DNA of 46,325 nucleotides from NCBI RefSeq assembly GCF_048594945.1, contig NZ_JBMDXJ010000333.1:1-46325 (forward strand). The letters are read 5' to 3'. The notes below the pieces were generated by a model. That model was not told the DNA's origin. It made no database searches and saw nothing but the letters and a program-made list of their open reading frames with translations. Positions 45,942 to 46,325 of the stretch are shown in pieces. The number at the start of each line of letters is the position of its first letter. Position 1 is the first letter of the stretch. Source of the stretch: Pseudactinotalea sp. (GTDB lineage Bacteria > Actinomycetota > Actinomycetes > Actinomycetales > Beutenbergiaceae). The position numbers were made by a program, and so were the translations under genes.

Positions 45942-46197
45942 TGCGGGCCCGGGCGAGGCCCAGCGTCGAGGAAGTGACATCGACGGCACGTGGCTCCCGG
46001 TTGTGGGCGATTGGCGTTGAGAAGCTGACACCAACGGCACGCCAGCCCCGCAGGCGAGTGCCAACGGCCAACCGCTATTCGCTGACTCCGACCCACGGAT
46101 CAGTCCGGAGAACGGTTATCCACAGGTTCAGTTCCCGCCGATGGCGGCGGGTCCGCCCCGATGCCATCGTGGTTCCCTCCGACGAGAGGACCGTGCT

Positions 46198-46325
46198 ATG
46201 TCGACGGAGCCCGCCGCCGAGCAGCGCAAGCGAGCGGCACAACGCCGAGACCGGTCGCTCACGCTGTGGCTCCTGCTGGGATCGGCACTGCTGGCCGGCA
46301 TCCTCTACGGCGGCAGTGTGATCCT
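46198..46325 (+). CDS. Start of a probable membrane protein, truncated by the window edge
   Basis: RBS GAGAGGA; MSTEPAAEQRKRAAQRRDRSLTLWLLLGSALLAGILYGGSVI. Confidence 0.6.
   Translation, partial: MSTEPAAEQRKRAAQRRDRSLTLWLLLGSALLAGILYGGSVI

Noticed and set aside
46116-46124. Replication origin suggested by a DnaA box
   Set aside because: Single box, no AT-rich unwinding element, no dnaA/dnaN

Overview
High-GC actinobacterial chromosomal window (gene content and order typical of Micrococcales). 1-16.3 kb is the conserved proteasome-adjacent core: arc (partial), trmI, M50 protease, HAD, PAC2, mshC, uppP, aldo/keto reductase, DUF5703, M20 and M3 peptidases, a secreted S8 protease and tRNA-Leu(GAG). 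Most of these genes have TANNNT -10 boxes 6-8 nt before the start codon, i.e. they look leaderless. Right of the tRNA is an accessory stretch: a decayed IS3 transposase, an orphan DUF4157 (eCIS-type) protein with a His-Me-type nuclease domain, a baeRF11-like protein lacking GGQ, and a sigK/rskA/fasciclin/molybdo-oxidoreductase cassette with two matching SigK-type promoters. Further right are a FadR-NanA-like-ABC-SDR-PL8 lyase catabolic locus, a LacI-controlled ABC operon ending in a GDPD-inositol monophosphatase fusion, an AAA ATPase, and trmL with an apparent ATC start. Most interesting unexplained signals: an unannotated ~135-nt sRNA candidate of three C-loop hairpins (12912-13046), the orphan DUF4157-nuclease, the GDPD-IMPase operon, and the cationic amphipathic, Cys-terminated tail of the S8 protease. 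All calls come from motif recognition by eye; no database search or folding program was run.
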